Source: Takakia lepidozioides (taxonomy: Eukaryota > Plantae > Bryophyta). Taken from it: DNA of 64,000 nucleotides. This document shows, in pieces, positions 11,902-23,500 of this stretch; the stretch's first letter is position 1; each line of letters opens with the position of its first letter. Location of the stretch: the NCBI GenBank assembly GCA_030704615.1, contig CM060733.1, forward strand, positions 68,262,001-68,326,000. The letters run 5' to 3'. The translations under genes and the position numbers were made by a program. Under the pieces are notes generated by a model. It had not been told where the DNA came from and searched no databases. It saw only the letters and a list, made by a program, of their open reading frames with translations.

Positions 11902-13250
11902 TCATGACTTCCACCTTGCATCGTCTGTATCCATGAGCAGGTCATCTTTATCAAAGTCCATATACCTTGCGGCCTCATCTCCACGCCCGTTAAGGTCAGA
12001 GGCATCAATGTCATGATCATCATCAATTTCCTCCACCCATCCAGCATCAACAACACTAGATTCATCATGTAGTGTGAGCTCACTACTCTCTGCAATACTA
12101 GTAGTGTCATTGTTTTCCTCATCATCGTCAGCCTCTCCCTCCTCTTGTGCATCTGGCTCAGCCCATGTAGATCCCTCACCATGATAGATACGTCTTCCTC
12201 TCAGCCGAGCATGTACAACCACCTTCCAATTTCCTGATCTCGTCTTGTCTTGTGAAAATAACACTTGCTCCATGTCGGAAGGCCATGCAAAAGGCTCGCC
12301 GTTCATGTGACTATGAGAAAGAACCCTATCCGCATTCACTCACATGAAAACCCACACTCATCATGAACTAGTGTAGCATTTGGTCCAACGAGGCGTGGTT
12401 GGAACCATTTCCCATTGAAGAGAATAGGCCGATGATTGTCATACTCAAGTTGCAATGTGCTCTTAAGCTCTCCGATGTACTCAAGTTTGCTTCTCTCCGG
12501 TTGGGTATCTCTCGTGCTTGACACAAAATCTTGCCAATATGTTGCATACAATCCGGAGTCAAATGTGGTTTTGCGGCGCATGTCAAGTGCACAGATACGG
12601 AAATGATGACCGTGGACCCATATTGAGGTGTACGAAAGAGCGAATTGAGAGGGACCCCTTGCAATCTCTTCCACCAACTTTGGCACTGCCTCCTCTCTTG
12701 CAATTGCGTCTTCAACTCCACTATGAATCCAATGACAAAAGGGTCTCAAGGGCTGCAATTCCAGGGGCAACCGGCTCGATGACACATCACCATGCCGACC
12801 AGCGGCCCGCAATGCTCTAGCCTCCCGCACATGGTTGTGCCTCCAAGCTTGAGCCTCCTCCAACCTTCGTTTGTCCTCATCCGCATATCTTGCCTCCCAC
12901 TCAACAATGCATGGAGTGTTCTTCAATACAAAGTTATGCGCTTGCTCAATCAACATGCGGGGTAGTTTCACCTTTCTCGACTTCTTCGGCAAAACAATAT
13001 TTTTAATTGACATTGCATCCTCTTCTTCCTTCCACATCCGAGGGGCCTCCTTGTCCACCCTTGTCATGTACTATGTGCGATAAAACATAGCTTCTTGCAA
13101 GGTGTACCCCTCCTACCCTCCGGCCATTTGTCGCATGTGTCCGTCTTCAAAGTCTTCGTGTAGCGTTGAAGGAAATACATCCACCGAGATTGAACCGAAC
13201 CGCAGAGCTCCGCCTCTTCCACCAAGTGCAGTTATTTTATCACTAGTGTG
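11902..13250 (-). pseudogene. CACTA/En-Spm TnpD-like transposase 3' part (DUF4218/DUF4216-like)
   Basis: EGYTLQEAMFY, GHHFR..DSG, YIGEL..LQLEY, LFNGKWF, DECGF, EPFAWPSDMEQVLF and WKVV. Frameshifted, and truncated near 13260. Confidence 0.85.
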
Positions 13251-13280
13251 AAACTAGCTAGGAAATAGTTAGTTTTGATA

Positions 13281-14622
13281 TATTGACATTTGGGATTGAT
13301 CCAAGTGTCTATCCAGGGGCCAATGTATGTTTGGGCACCTGGTGTGGTTATCTTTACGGCAGATTGCGGTGGGCTCATCTTTCTCGAGTTGAGCCTCACC
13401 GCGTCTAGCTATGGCGTCGTAGTGTGGATTCCCCATGGCGTGGGATGCACTTGGCTCGACTTGTATTTGAGTGATGATTTTATATATGCATCAGTTTATG
13501 TGAGCTCACGTGAGCTTTGTATCCTTCATATTTATCACTCGAGAAATATGAGCTCGAGTTTGTGAGTGTCAGGTTTGAGTTAGTTGTAGCGCTTTGTGTT
13601 TTCAGATGAGAAGCGGTTCAACCTAGAATGCAGGGATCCGTGCATGAGCCTATCCAAAGCGGATAGGGTGCAAAGGCGAACAGGTAGAAAGTTTGCAATG
13701 GATAGAGAGGCGGGCAGCCTTTGGTGAAGAACGGTGTTGCATAGTTCAATGCTATGACAACCAAGTGTGGTGAATGTGGAGCTGCGAAGATGCTACATGC
13801 GGGTCGCAACCTGTTGGAGCCTCAACTTCAAGCTCACGAAGAGGTATGAGTGAAGAGAGGGGTTAGTCCCTCTTGTGTGCAAATCAGTGCACTTGGTGGA
13901 GTTGGAGTTTCAATCTGAAACTCCAGAAGTGTAAGGACTCTTGGAGTGGCATGAACGGGGCTGGAAGGGCAGCATCGAGGCGCCCTAGAGCCAGGGAATA
14001 TGCATGAGAAGTGCAAGTACACCAAGGTTACAAAGGTGTGTGATTTCAGTTCATTTTGTCAGTTTCATGGAGCAAGAGAGTTTGTTGGAGAGCAAAGAGC
14101 TTGTTTGGCGAGTTGGGGGCGCCTCTAGTGGGCCATGAGAGCCCAAGAGAGCATGGCAACAGATCTGGTGGCTTCGCAGAAGCCATAGCTTGTCGACAAC
14201 AGGTGCAGAGGCAAACCCCAGCTCAGGGAGAGCTTGGGAACATCTGGGAACGCATGGGAACGCCCGAGAACGTGTGGGAACTTGTGGGGAGTTTCTGGGA
14301 ACGTAGGGGCATCGTGGCCGTGGCCGGGGTCGTGACCGTGATGGGTCGTGGGGCCAGTATCATGAGATACCACGAGCCCAGGCGTTGACCGTTGCCGTGG
14401 CCGTGGCCATGGGGAGTCGTGACGCGGACACCACGAACGGGCACGGTGACCAGCTCGTGGGAATGGCGGGCCGTGACCGGAGACCGTGAAGGGTCGTGAT
14501 CGTGATACCACGGGGTATTACGGGGCAGCTCGTGGGCAGCGCGTGCCTAGGGCAGGCCGAGGCCAGGGGCCGTGAGAAGGCGTGGTGTTGAGGGCCACGG
14601 AAGGCCACGAACAGACAAAGTG

Positions 14623-14668
<46 letters not shown>

Positions 14669-17175
14669 TTTTTCACTCGTGTCGTGGGACCTTGATGGGG
14701 AGGCTGGGCTCTAAAAAACAACAGTTTTGAGCTAGCTAATCCGGCAGAAAAGTCGGGATTGCCTCTCTGTTGCGTTTTAACAAAGGGGGTTACCTCCCTG
14801 CAGGTAATCTTTGTTTGATTTCCAAAATACAACAAAATCTTTACGTAGCAAAATTGCGACGAATGGCGAAAGGCACAACTTTTTACCACCGATGGACCTG
14901 AGAATTTACAAGCTGATACGGGGTATATAATTGTAGTTTGTCACCAAGTTTGGTGATTTATGAAGTAGATTAGCAACTGCACCAAATTATTGAGTCAACG
15001 ACACTTATGGGAGCCGATTATTTGAATTTTTACTTCTTGGATGGATGAAAAATCCTAAAATTCGCCTTGAGGAGCTGGATAGATGAAATGACAACTCGCG
15101 CCAACTGGTCATCCAATTGGATGGATGAAAAGCCAGCTTCATTGGCCTCTAAGACTTTTCAGCCATGTTGAATATTATATTATAGATTCTCCAAGGAAAC
15201 AATAGTTTAATGAATATATTTTTTATTAATTTATTAGGCTCAAAAACAGTATAAAAGAGAGGCAAGGCCCCCTTGTTTCTCACTTGTGCTTTCCTCTTGC
15301 TTTGTTAATTGCTTTGTTTATTTCATGGGAGCTAGAGTTGGAATCTAACCCCACCCATTGTCGGCCATTGAGCTATTTGCTTTGCTATGAACAAGCAGCT
15401 CGGATTTTCAAGAGAAGGTCATGTGGAAGGTCTAAAATTTAGATCTGATTGTTGTCTTGTTGATTTGTATTTGTGTGAGCCAAGAGGGCATTGGTCACAA
15501 CTAGGGGAGTGCGTGTGGCCCCCTGACTCATGTCCTAGAAAAGAGGAAGAGAGTTCAATTGTTTAAGCTCGAAAGGTTCGAAGCTATAATATTTTGTTTT
15601 GTTTTATTCTAACTAGCAAGAGGTTTTCTTTTTGTTTGTTTTGTTTATTTTGTTGTTTATCAGACTTGGCCCCCTCCACCATAGCCCCCAGTAGGGCGTG
15701 GGTAGTAGTGGTTTAGTCAGGGAAGTCAACTGCCCATAGCTGGGGGTACGCCATCTCAAGCCGCCCCGGTGGCACGCTCTCCGCGCGGAGCCTGAGACAG
15801 GAGTTGACTCTAGGAGTGCATAGCAGGGAAAGCGGGGCCGAGCCCAAACAGCCCCACGTGCTATGCTTTTTTATTTTGTGGATATAAGCCGGTCTTGCAT
15901 TTTAAGGGGGGTCTCTCACTCTACACTATTTGATTTAATCTATATTCCCTTAAGGGGTTATTATGTGCATGCTCCTTTGTTAGCGGTAGAAAAATTCTGT
16001 GCTTGGAATGAGAGAGAGCCTGGGTAGAAGCGGTTCAGCCTAGCCGGAGAGGAGCGGGCGCGACCCACCAGGTTGAGCAGGAGAGGTAGAGGCAGCTAGA
16101 GACGGGGGTGGATCAAAAGTACCCGGGTTCCACGGCTACAGTGGCACAACGTGTCAGTCCCCCGCGGAGAGGATGACCGTTTCCAGAGAGGGGAACATGC
16201 TAGAAGCCCTTAAATTAATATAGTTAGGACGGAATAGTCCCTGGTCCCACCATAGGTTACCTTTGCGCCTCAAGAGGGCACGTTTTAAGAACTAACGAAT
16301 GAACATGGGGCTTCACTAAACATATTTTGTACATCCACGGCGGCGCGGCAGTTCCCCGCGACGGGGGAACCTGTTTTCTGATGGCCCTGACGTTCCCTGA
16401 TGTTCCCTGAGGTTCCCACAATCTGATAGAGGCGATTTTAGCATCGTTGGGCTTCCCCCACGACATTCTTCCTGGGAGGTATTTTTCCGGATTTTTGAAT
16501 TTATAAATATTTTCTTAATTTTCTTGAGGAGGAAATTCCCATATAAGAATTAAGACTTTTGATTGAACTTTTTGAGCTTATAAGAACTTGAGTGACTAAA
16601 GCGTGAATTGATTGACCCTTTTAACTTATTAAAGCTTGCATTGCTTATTAACTTTCGTCAAGCTAAAGCTAGAAATTGGAAAGGGACAAACTTAGCCCTT
16701 CTTGGGGAGAGCTGGGCTCAAGCCCCGGAGAAGGAGGGCATTCGGAGAAGGAAGTGGAGTCCTCTCATCCCTGGGTTCAGGAGGTGTTTTGTGAAGGGAT
16801 AAAATAGACCCCGGCTATAAGCGGCTTGGGAACCCAGGCAGTAGGTGCAGTAATAAACAAGACTTGGAAGGCAGTTACGTTTAAAAGAAAAATCTAAAAC
16901 CATAAACAAACCGTAGGACTAGAACACGCAAATTGCCCTGTAGAGGAAAGCATATGAGCTTCTCTTTGCCAGTAGGATCTTAGAATTGATAGTTTAGACC
17001 CTCGTGCCTGCTGTGAACCCTGCACTAACCACAGCCGGGTAGGCGGTTCATTGAGCCCAACCTACACCGCGACTTACCACGACCCCCACTAGGTTAGTAT
17101 GCCGTCGCCTTGACCGCGCGCGCTCAGGGCTCGTCAATGCCCCAATGAAAATTGCCCAAATACCAAATGTCAACG
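13281..17175 (+). mobile_element. ~3.9-kb non-coding element with terminal inverted repeats, probable giant solo LTR
   Basis: Ends TATTGACATTTGG ... CCAAATGTCAACG, a degenerate TG..CA. Flanks TTGATA and TCGATA. Internal TATAAA at ~15250, a ~44-nt A tract at ~14623, and repeated AGAAGCGGTTCA. No convincing ORF. Confidence 0.6.
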
Positions 17176-17260
17176 TCGATATTTTCACTACACTCGCGGA
17201 GATGATGGAAACAAAGGGGCTCTTGAATCTACCATCCAGCACAAAAGGAACTATATGAAT

Positions 17261-17915
17261 CTAAGCAGAGACACCATAATGGCCACGGGGCACCGCTCCA
17301 CTCCACTTGTCGAAGCATGAATCGTACGAGAAATCACGTAGGCCAAAGAATTTATGGCCATACATATCCACCACCCCCGCTAGGTGGGGCTCGAGGCAGC
17401 CACGGTGGCACAGTGTGGTCAGGTGGCCGGCCTTGGTAGGTACCAGCATTCATAAGAGAGAACCATTGGGTTTCTGCGCATTTTTTAAAGAGTTTATGGA
17501 GGTGCCAAACTGCTTGGTTGTGTCTCGTGATATGCAGACCATGTATGACCGGGTGCGTACATTGGCTCAAGAGATGCGGCCAAGTGGGTGGTGGAACATA
17601 GTGGACAGTATGGGGATGGGAACAGGTGCGGCCAAAATATGTGTTTGCGTTGGTGACCCATGTATTGGGCGTATCTGAATTTGAGTGTTTGTCGAATTTG
17701 TGCGTCCGTGGTGGCTTTGGTTAGCCAGAAGTGGGTAGAAAATTTATGATGCAGTACATCGGATTGAGTCCATTTTTGTATGTGCACTTTTGTATGGCTG
17801 ATGGAGGCGGCAGCTTGTTTGTTTGCTTCTTTGGTCAAGGTGGTCACAAGGTTGCGAACTGGTCTAGGTGCGGGTGGGTCAGGGACTGGGTGTATGAACC
17901 AGAACGGGTGTGTGT
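17261..17915 (-). mobile_element. non-LTR retrotransposon C-terminal fragment with CCHC knuckle and RHN motif (RLE-type)
   Basis: LKFRYAQYMGHQRK..CPLC..(W)PHLLSQC..HITRHNQAV..MNAG..TVPPWL, with one frameshift. Confidence 0.65.
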
Positions 17916-17919
17916 GTAC

Positions 17920-19080
17920 AGAAGAGAGCATGCTTGGATGCAATTTGCTTTGTGACACCATTCCTCACACCTTGGAAGGTGCTCACACCATCAGCCCCAA
18001 AACAAAGCAATTTCTGAGCTACAGAAGATTCAGTGAGTCCTCCACCCTTTCGCAATGCATCCATTATGACTAGAGTGAGATTATCAGCCCCACTCCCATC
18101 CACAATTTTTTGGAGAGAGATCATTATGGGGATTCTTACCCAGTTCTGCACAATATACGCATGGACGCTGATCCATGAGCCATTGTCCACAGAGGTTACC
18201 TCATCACAAGTCAAGGCAACAAATCTGGGCAGTTCTTACAGAAGTCAGCATAACCTGTTGAACCTCATTATACATGAACTCTGCCATAATCCAGCCACTT
18301 GTAGCACTCCAATGCATTTTGGGGCTGTTCTGGACCTCCAAATACTCATACAAATCTTGCATTCTCTCATACTCTGTCATGGGTCGGCCCCCTGAAAGCA
18401 AATGAAGAAGAGTAGCAAATTGGACTTTCTTTCTAGTCCTCTCACCCGTGTTGTGGACAACAATCTGTTCCAGTACTGTGGTAGGAACACGGGCATTATA
18501 TAAAGCGACATTCTTCTTGTGCTTGCAATCACTTGTTACATACCATTTTATTTTATTTTTACCTTATACTTGGGCATGTCCCTCTTGGCCCACCTCCTCT
18601 CCTCGTGCTTGATGAGTGTATCCCACTTCGGGGCCATGAGCATGGGCCTCTTGTTGATGGTGGAGCAGACCTTGCACCTCACAAGATGTAAGCTCCCATC
18701 TGTGCAACTCCCCCTCAGCCCATGGCAGCTTTGCTACCCACTCCAACTGGAATTTCCTTGTCAGATCATAGTTAGGCTTAACTTTTTTGGCAGGCACAGT
18801 GTCCTCATGTACATCATCTGAAATCCTCACTATCATGTGTGTCAGAAGACACCACAATAGTGCCATGAGAAGTTTGGGATGACTCTGGGGGTGAAGGGAT
18901 AGAGTCACTAGACTCATTTGATGTGCCTTCTGCATCAGGGGGCAGTGACATTCTATCACAAACTAGGCTAAGAGGCTGGGAATTGCCCCAATTCCGCGAG
19001 CTCACTAAGTACTTGTCAAGAAAAGAGAAGGAACTCACGCGTCTGGATGCGGCAGGGGGCCTGGATTTGGAACTCATCTT
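17920..19080 (-). pseudogene. hAT-superfamily ZNF862-like transposase, N-terminal part
   Basis: TTF-type zinc finger (RKFQLEWVAKLPWAE..CKVC), DEVTSVDN and FGADGVSTFQG. Truncated by the LINE at ~17918. Confidence 0.8.
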
Positions 19081-20540
19081 GGTGTTGGGGACTCCAAATC
19101 AATCCAACCGTAACACTATAACATGCAAAAAGGACAAGACAGGAGAAAAGAAGATATAAACAAGATTAGTTCTCCCTAAACTAAAGAAGATAGAAAGCAA
19201 GGCATGGTGGGGACTTGATAATGGAGACTCCACATACAACTACAAAGCGAAGAATGTAAGAATGCAAGCCTAATGCAATCTAGCAGCCGCCTCCGTGCGT
19301 TTAAGCTCCCCCGCATCCTTGAAGTCCCTCCCAATAAACAAGCGCACACTAAACAAACCTGGCGATGCACATGAACTCAAGGCACAGCATAGTAGGCGAT
19401 GAACTCAGAGTGACAGCCGCCGCGCAGTGGTGACGGCCACCCTTTCCAGCCCTAAAACGCTTGGCGAACGGACGGCCGAGGGCGCAGCACGTGGCGAGAT
19501 CCCCCACGGCTGCTACGCCAACAGGCGCCGGCCGTTGGATGGTGCCACGGGATCTGGTTCCCAGGCGCCAAGGGGTGGTTCCTTTGGTGCTTTATGGTAA
19601 CACTCCACCAGGGACGTGCGCTTTATGGCTTTTTTTTTTTTTTTTTCCCATGTTTTTTAATAAGGGCGTGTCGCAGCCCACAAAATTCGAGTGCTTTCTG
19701 GCTTTATTTCGCCTAAAAAATATGCGCTGCCGCTAACGTCAATTAGCTAACCTAATTGACTTCCTAACTGGCAGGTGCGGCCGGGGCCTTAGTTGACTGG
19801 TGGCGCTGTTAGCTTGCGGGTACAAGTAGAGGTTAGAAAGTTTTTTCTCGCCGCGTTCATCCTGCTTGTTTTCTGGTCGATTATCTCTGGTGATGCGAAA
19901 ACCTCTTTAAAATGGGGTCTAATTGTGAATAGGTTCCGGCCCTTCATGTGTGTGTGGGTGTCAACAGTGATGGGGAAAGAAGCTGCAGCGAGGATAGCCT
20001 ATGCATGTCGTGGGAAACCTCTTTGGCAACAGGGTACACGCAAGTTGTTGGCTCTATTTGGTCGTTACCTCAATTGTGAGCAATCCAATATATCAAAGAG
20101 GGCTAATGGAAGTACTGATCTGTAGCAACGCGCCTGGTGATAATCTTCGAGCCTGGGGGTAGCCGTGGAGTAAAGTTGAAACCACAGAGAAGAATACATA
20201 CATCTGTGCTGGTTGTGGATTATAAGTGAGTCTGTTGTAAGCATCAGCAAAAACCCAAAAGTTTTTCTTCGAAACTCACTGAGGCTACTCATACTTTTTG
20301 CATTACAGAAGGTGGTCGACCATTTGAAGTGTGAGAAGATTCTGATACCAAATTGACAGGGACCTAGAAATTAGTGAACCCCCTTACTAACGATTGATTA
20401 TTACAAACTTACCGCAGTTGAGTGACTATCTGGGAAACGAGAAATCCCAGTGAACATTGTAATGTCAAGAGCTGCGATAAGCGCAATCTCAGTGCCATAA
20501 TCTCATTGGAAGAAGACAGACTAGAGGGGAGGGAGCCAAA

Positions 20541-23500
20541 ATGATCGAAGGGCTGACTACTGGGGAGACTCGGGCTCTGACAAACATCAATGTCGCAGCA
20601 TCAGCACTTTCATTCGCAGGCTCAGGCTTTATCGTTCTCTGCTATCTCTTCTTCAAAGAGCTTCGCACGTTTCCTTTCAAGCTCGTCTTCTACCTCTCTC
20701 TCTCTGTAAGCTTCTCGCTTTCTTGTCCTGGATCACTTCACGCGGACATGTGACCAATTTGATCCATGTCAAACTCTTCCATGCCTGCTGATTATTGGCA
20801 GAGCTACCATAATGTTTCATGACATATCCATCTACACATAGGGTTTGCAATGTTGTAGGATTTCGTAGAGATGGAGTGAGAAGGACGAAGGTGGATAAGA
20901 ATGTACTCATAAGACCTTGTTTGCCGTAGCCTTGTGGCCATTGACGCCGCGCCCAGTTTGAGCGGAACACAGAGACAGAAACTACCTTTGTCAGGGGCTG
21001 ACGCCGGTAGTATGGACTTACCTTGGAACAAAAAATTGATCCGAGTTTTCCAGATATCCTCTAGAAATCCCTTTACACAAGCATCAATCTGCTGTGTGTG
21101 ATTTGCCCAATAACTAGGCCCCAAAAGGGCCTGGGCTTTTGGCTCAGCCTCAAGATTTTCAAAGTTGGTAAACAGAGGTACAGGAACAAATCCCTTGATG
21201 GATTTGAAGAGGGCGTCTCTCTGGTGAGAGTACCCAGGACAAGAGAAACGCACAGATGGTGTCTGATCTCACCAGCATCTTTGACTCTAACTGATTAGTG
21301 TTGAAAACCTTCCAATTTAATCTTGTTATTAGATAACTCGTGGATGTGGCTTCTTTTCAATTTGAAGAGGTCTTTCATTATTGACTGTTGACAGCAACAG
21401 TCGACAGATACACCTCTCCCTCTCTGTGCCTCTCTCTCTGGTTCCCAATTGGGCCACCATGAAGTACAAAAATTTGTGGACAGGCTTAAGACATGACCAT
21501 AATCATATTGTTCTATCTTGAAGCAGCGATTGGTGAAGAGTTTGGCACCTGAATGTTTCTGTACTGTGTGAATGCAGGACATGCTCTGCAGCCTTTTCAA
21601 CCTGCTAGGGTAAGTTTTATATACGCAGAGGTCTAAAACCTGCAGCTTCCTTTGAACAAACAATGGACTGTATGACTTCAGTTATCAGGTTCATACTATG
21701 TTGAGACGAATCTTGATAAAAGCTCTGAGCTTTAGGATCCCTGACTTTTTTTGAGCCCAAGAGTCCCATAAAGTAATGGAAAGTTTTTGTCACACATGAT
21801 TAACTCGTCGTTTCGGCAATTCGCAAATTCTAGTTTGTGTCGACTATTGGTGGTGGATGTTTTACCGACTCATGCCTATATATAGGATGCAGTTGCTGTG
21901 GATGTTAGGGAAACCTACAGCAGTCTGTGAAAGAGAGAGAGAATGTACTTGGTTGCTGTAGCCTTGTGGCCATTGACCCCGCGCCCAGTTTGAGCAGAAC
22001 ACAATTGGACAGAAACTACCTTTGTCAGGGGCTAGTATGACTTACCTTGAGACAGACAATGGATCCGATTTTTCTAGATATCCTCTAGAAATCTCTTTAT
22101 ACAAACATCTGTGTGTGATTTTCCCAATAACTAGACCCCAAAAGGGCCTGGGCTTTTGGCTCAGCCTCAAGATTATAAAAGTTGGTAAACAGAGGTACAG
22201 GAACAATTCCCCTGATGGATTTGAAGAGGGTGTCTGGATATCCTCTAGAAATCCCTTTACACAAGCATCAATCTGCTGTGTGTGATTTGCCCAATAACTA
22301 GGCCCGCCTGGGCTTTTGGCTCAGCCTCGAGATTTTCAAAGTCTGTAAACAGAGGTACAGGCACAAGTCCCTTGATGGAGTTGAAGAGGGCGTCTCTCTG
22401 GTGAGAGTACCCAGGAGGATGAATCGGAAAATGAATAATGTCTTCAGGTTGCCCACACCATGGGCATTTGCAATCCCCCTTTCCACTCTGCATCTGTTTG
22501 CTATTCAAAGGTAGGCTTCCCACCCTGAGTTTAAATTTCAGTCTAGTGCCGAGGGTGGGGAGAGATTGTACTCATAAGACGTTGTTTGCCGTAGCCTTGT
22601 GGCCATTGACCCCGCGCCCAGTTTGAGCGGGAACAAAAGGGACAGAACCTACCTCTGTCAGGGGCTGACGTTGGTAGTGTGACTTACCATCATATATAGA
22701 ATTAATCCGGATTTTCCAGATATCCTCTAGAAATCCCTTCACACAAGCATCAATCTGCTGTGTGTGATTTCAAAAACTAGGCCTCAGGAGGGCCTGGGCT
22801 TTTGGCTCAGCCTCGAGACTTTCAAAGTTGTTAAACGGGGGTACAGGCACAATTCCCTTGATAGAATTGAAGAGGGCGTCTCTTTGGTGAGAGAACCCCG
22901 GACAGTGTATCGGAAAGTGAATACTGTCTTCAGATTGCCCACACAGCGGGCAATTGCACTCTCCCTTTCCTCTCTGCTTCTGTTTGCTGTTCAAAGGTAG
23001 GCTTCCTGCCCTGAGTTTAAATTTCAGTCTAGTGCCGAGAGTGCCTTGAGGTCATCCAAGATGTCCTCCCCCATGTCACTGACTGGAAACAAGTTCAGGG
23101 AAGTTTTCTGCCTAACTTCATTTTCATCAGACAATCTCATGGCAACAGACATGGCTGAGGACACTACAGCCTCTAAAAGAGAATCTCTTCTACTCTCTTC
23201 TGCCAGGACTTAGCCTGTTTGACAGGGCGGTCCTGTTTCCAAGATATAGAGTCGATTAACTTAGGATATCTGGTGTTGGGAGAGAGAGGGAGAGAGAGAG
23301 AGAGAGAGAGAGAGTCTGTGAAAGACATTCTGCTTCAGTTCTTACTTGGCCTGTGTAGCTGCTTTTATATTCCACTACCAAGGATTAACGAAGTAGGCAA
23401 CCGTAGAAGAGTTTTCAATCAATGACAAGTAGGTTCATGCTGTAATTATCGAGTTGCAGAAACAAAGTGATATAGAACTGACAGAATAGGGCAGCATGGC

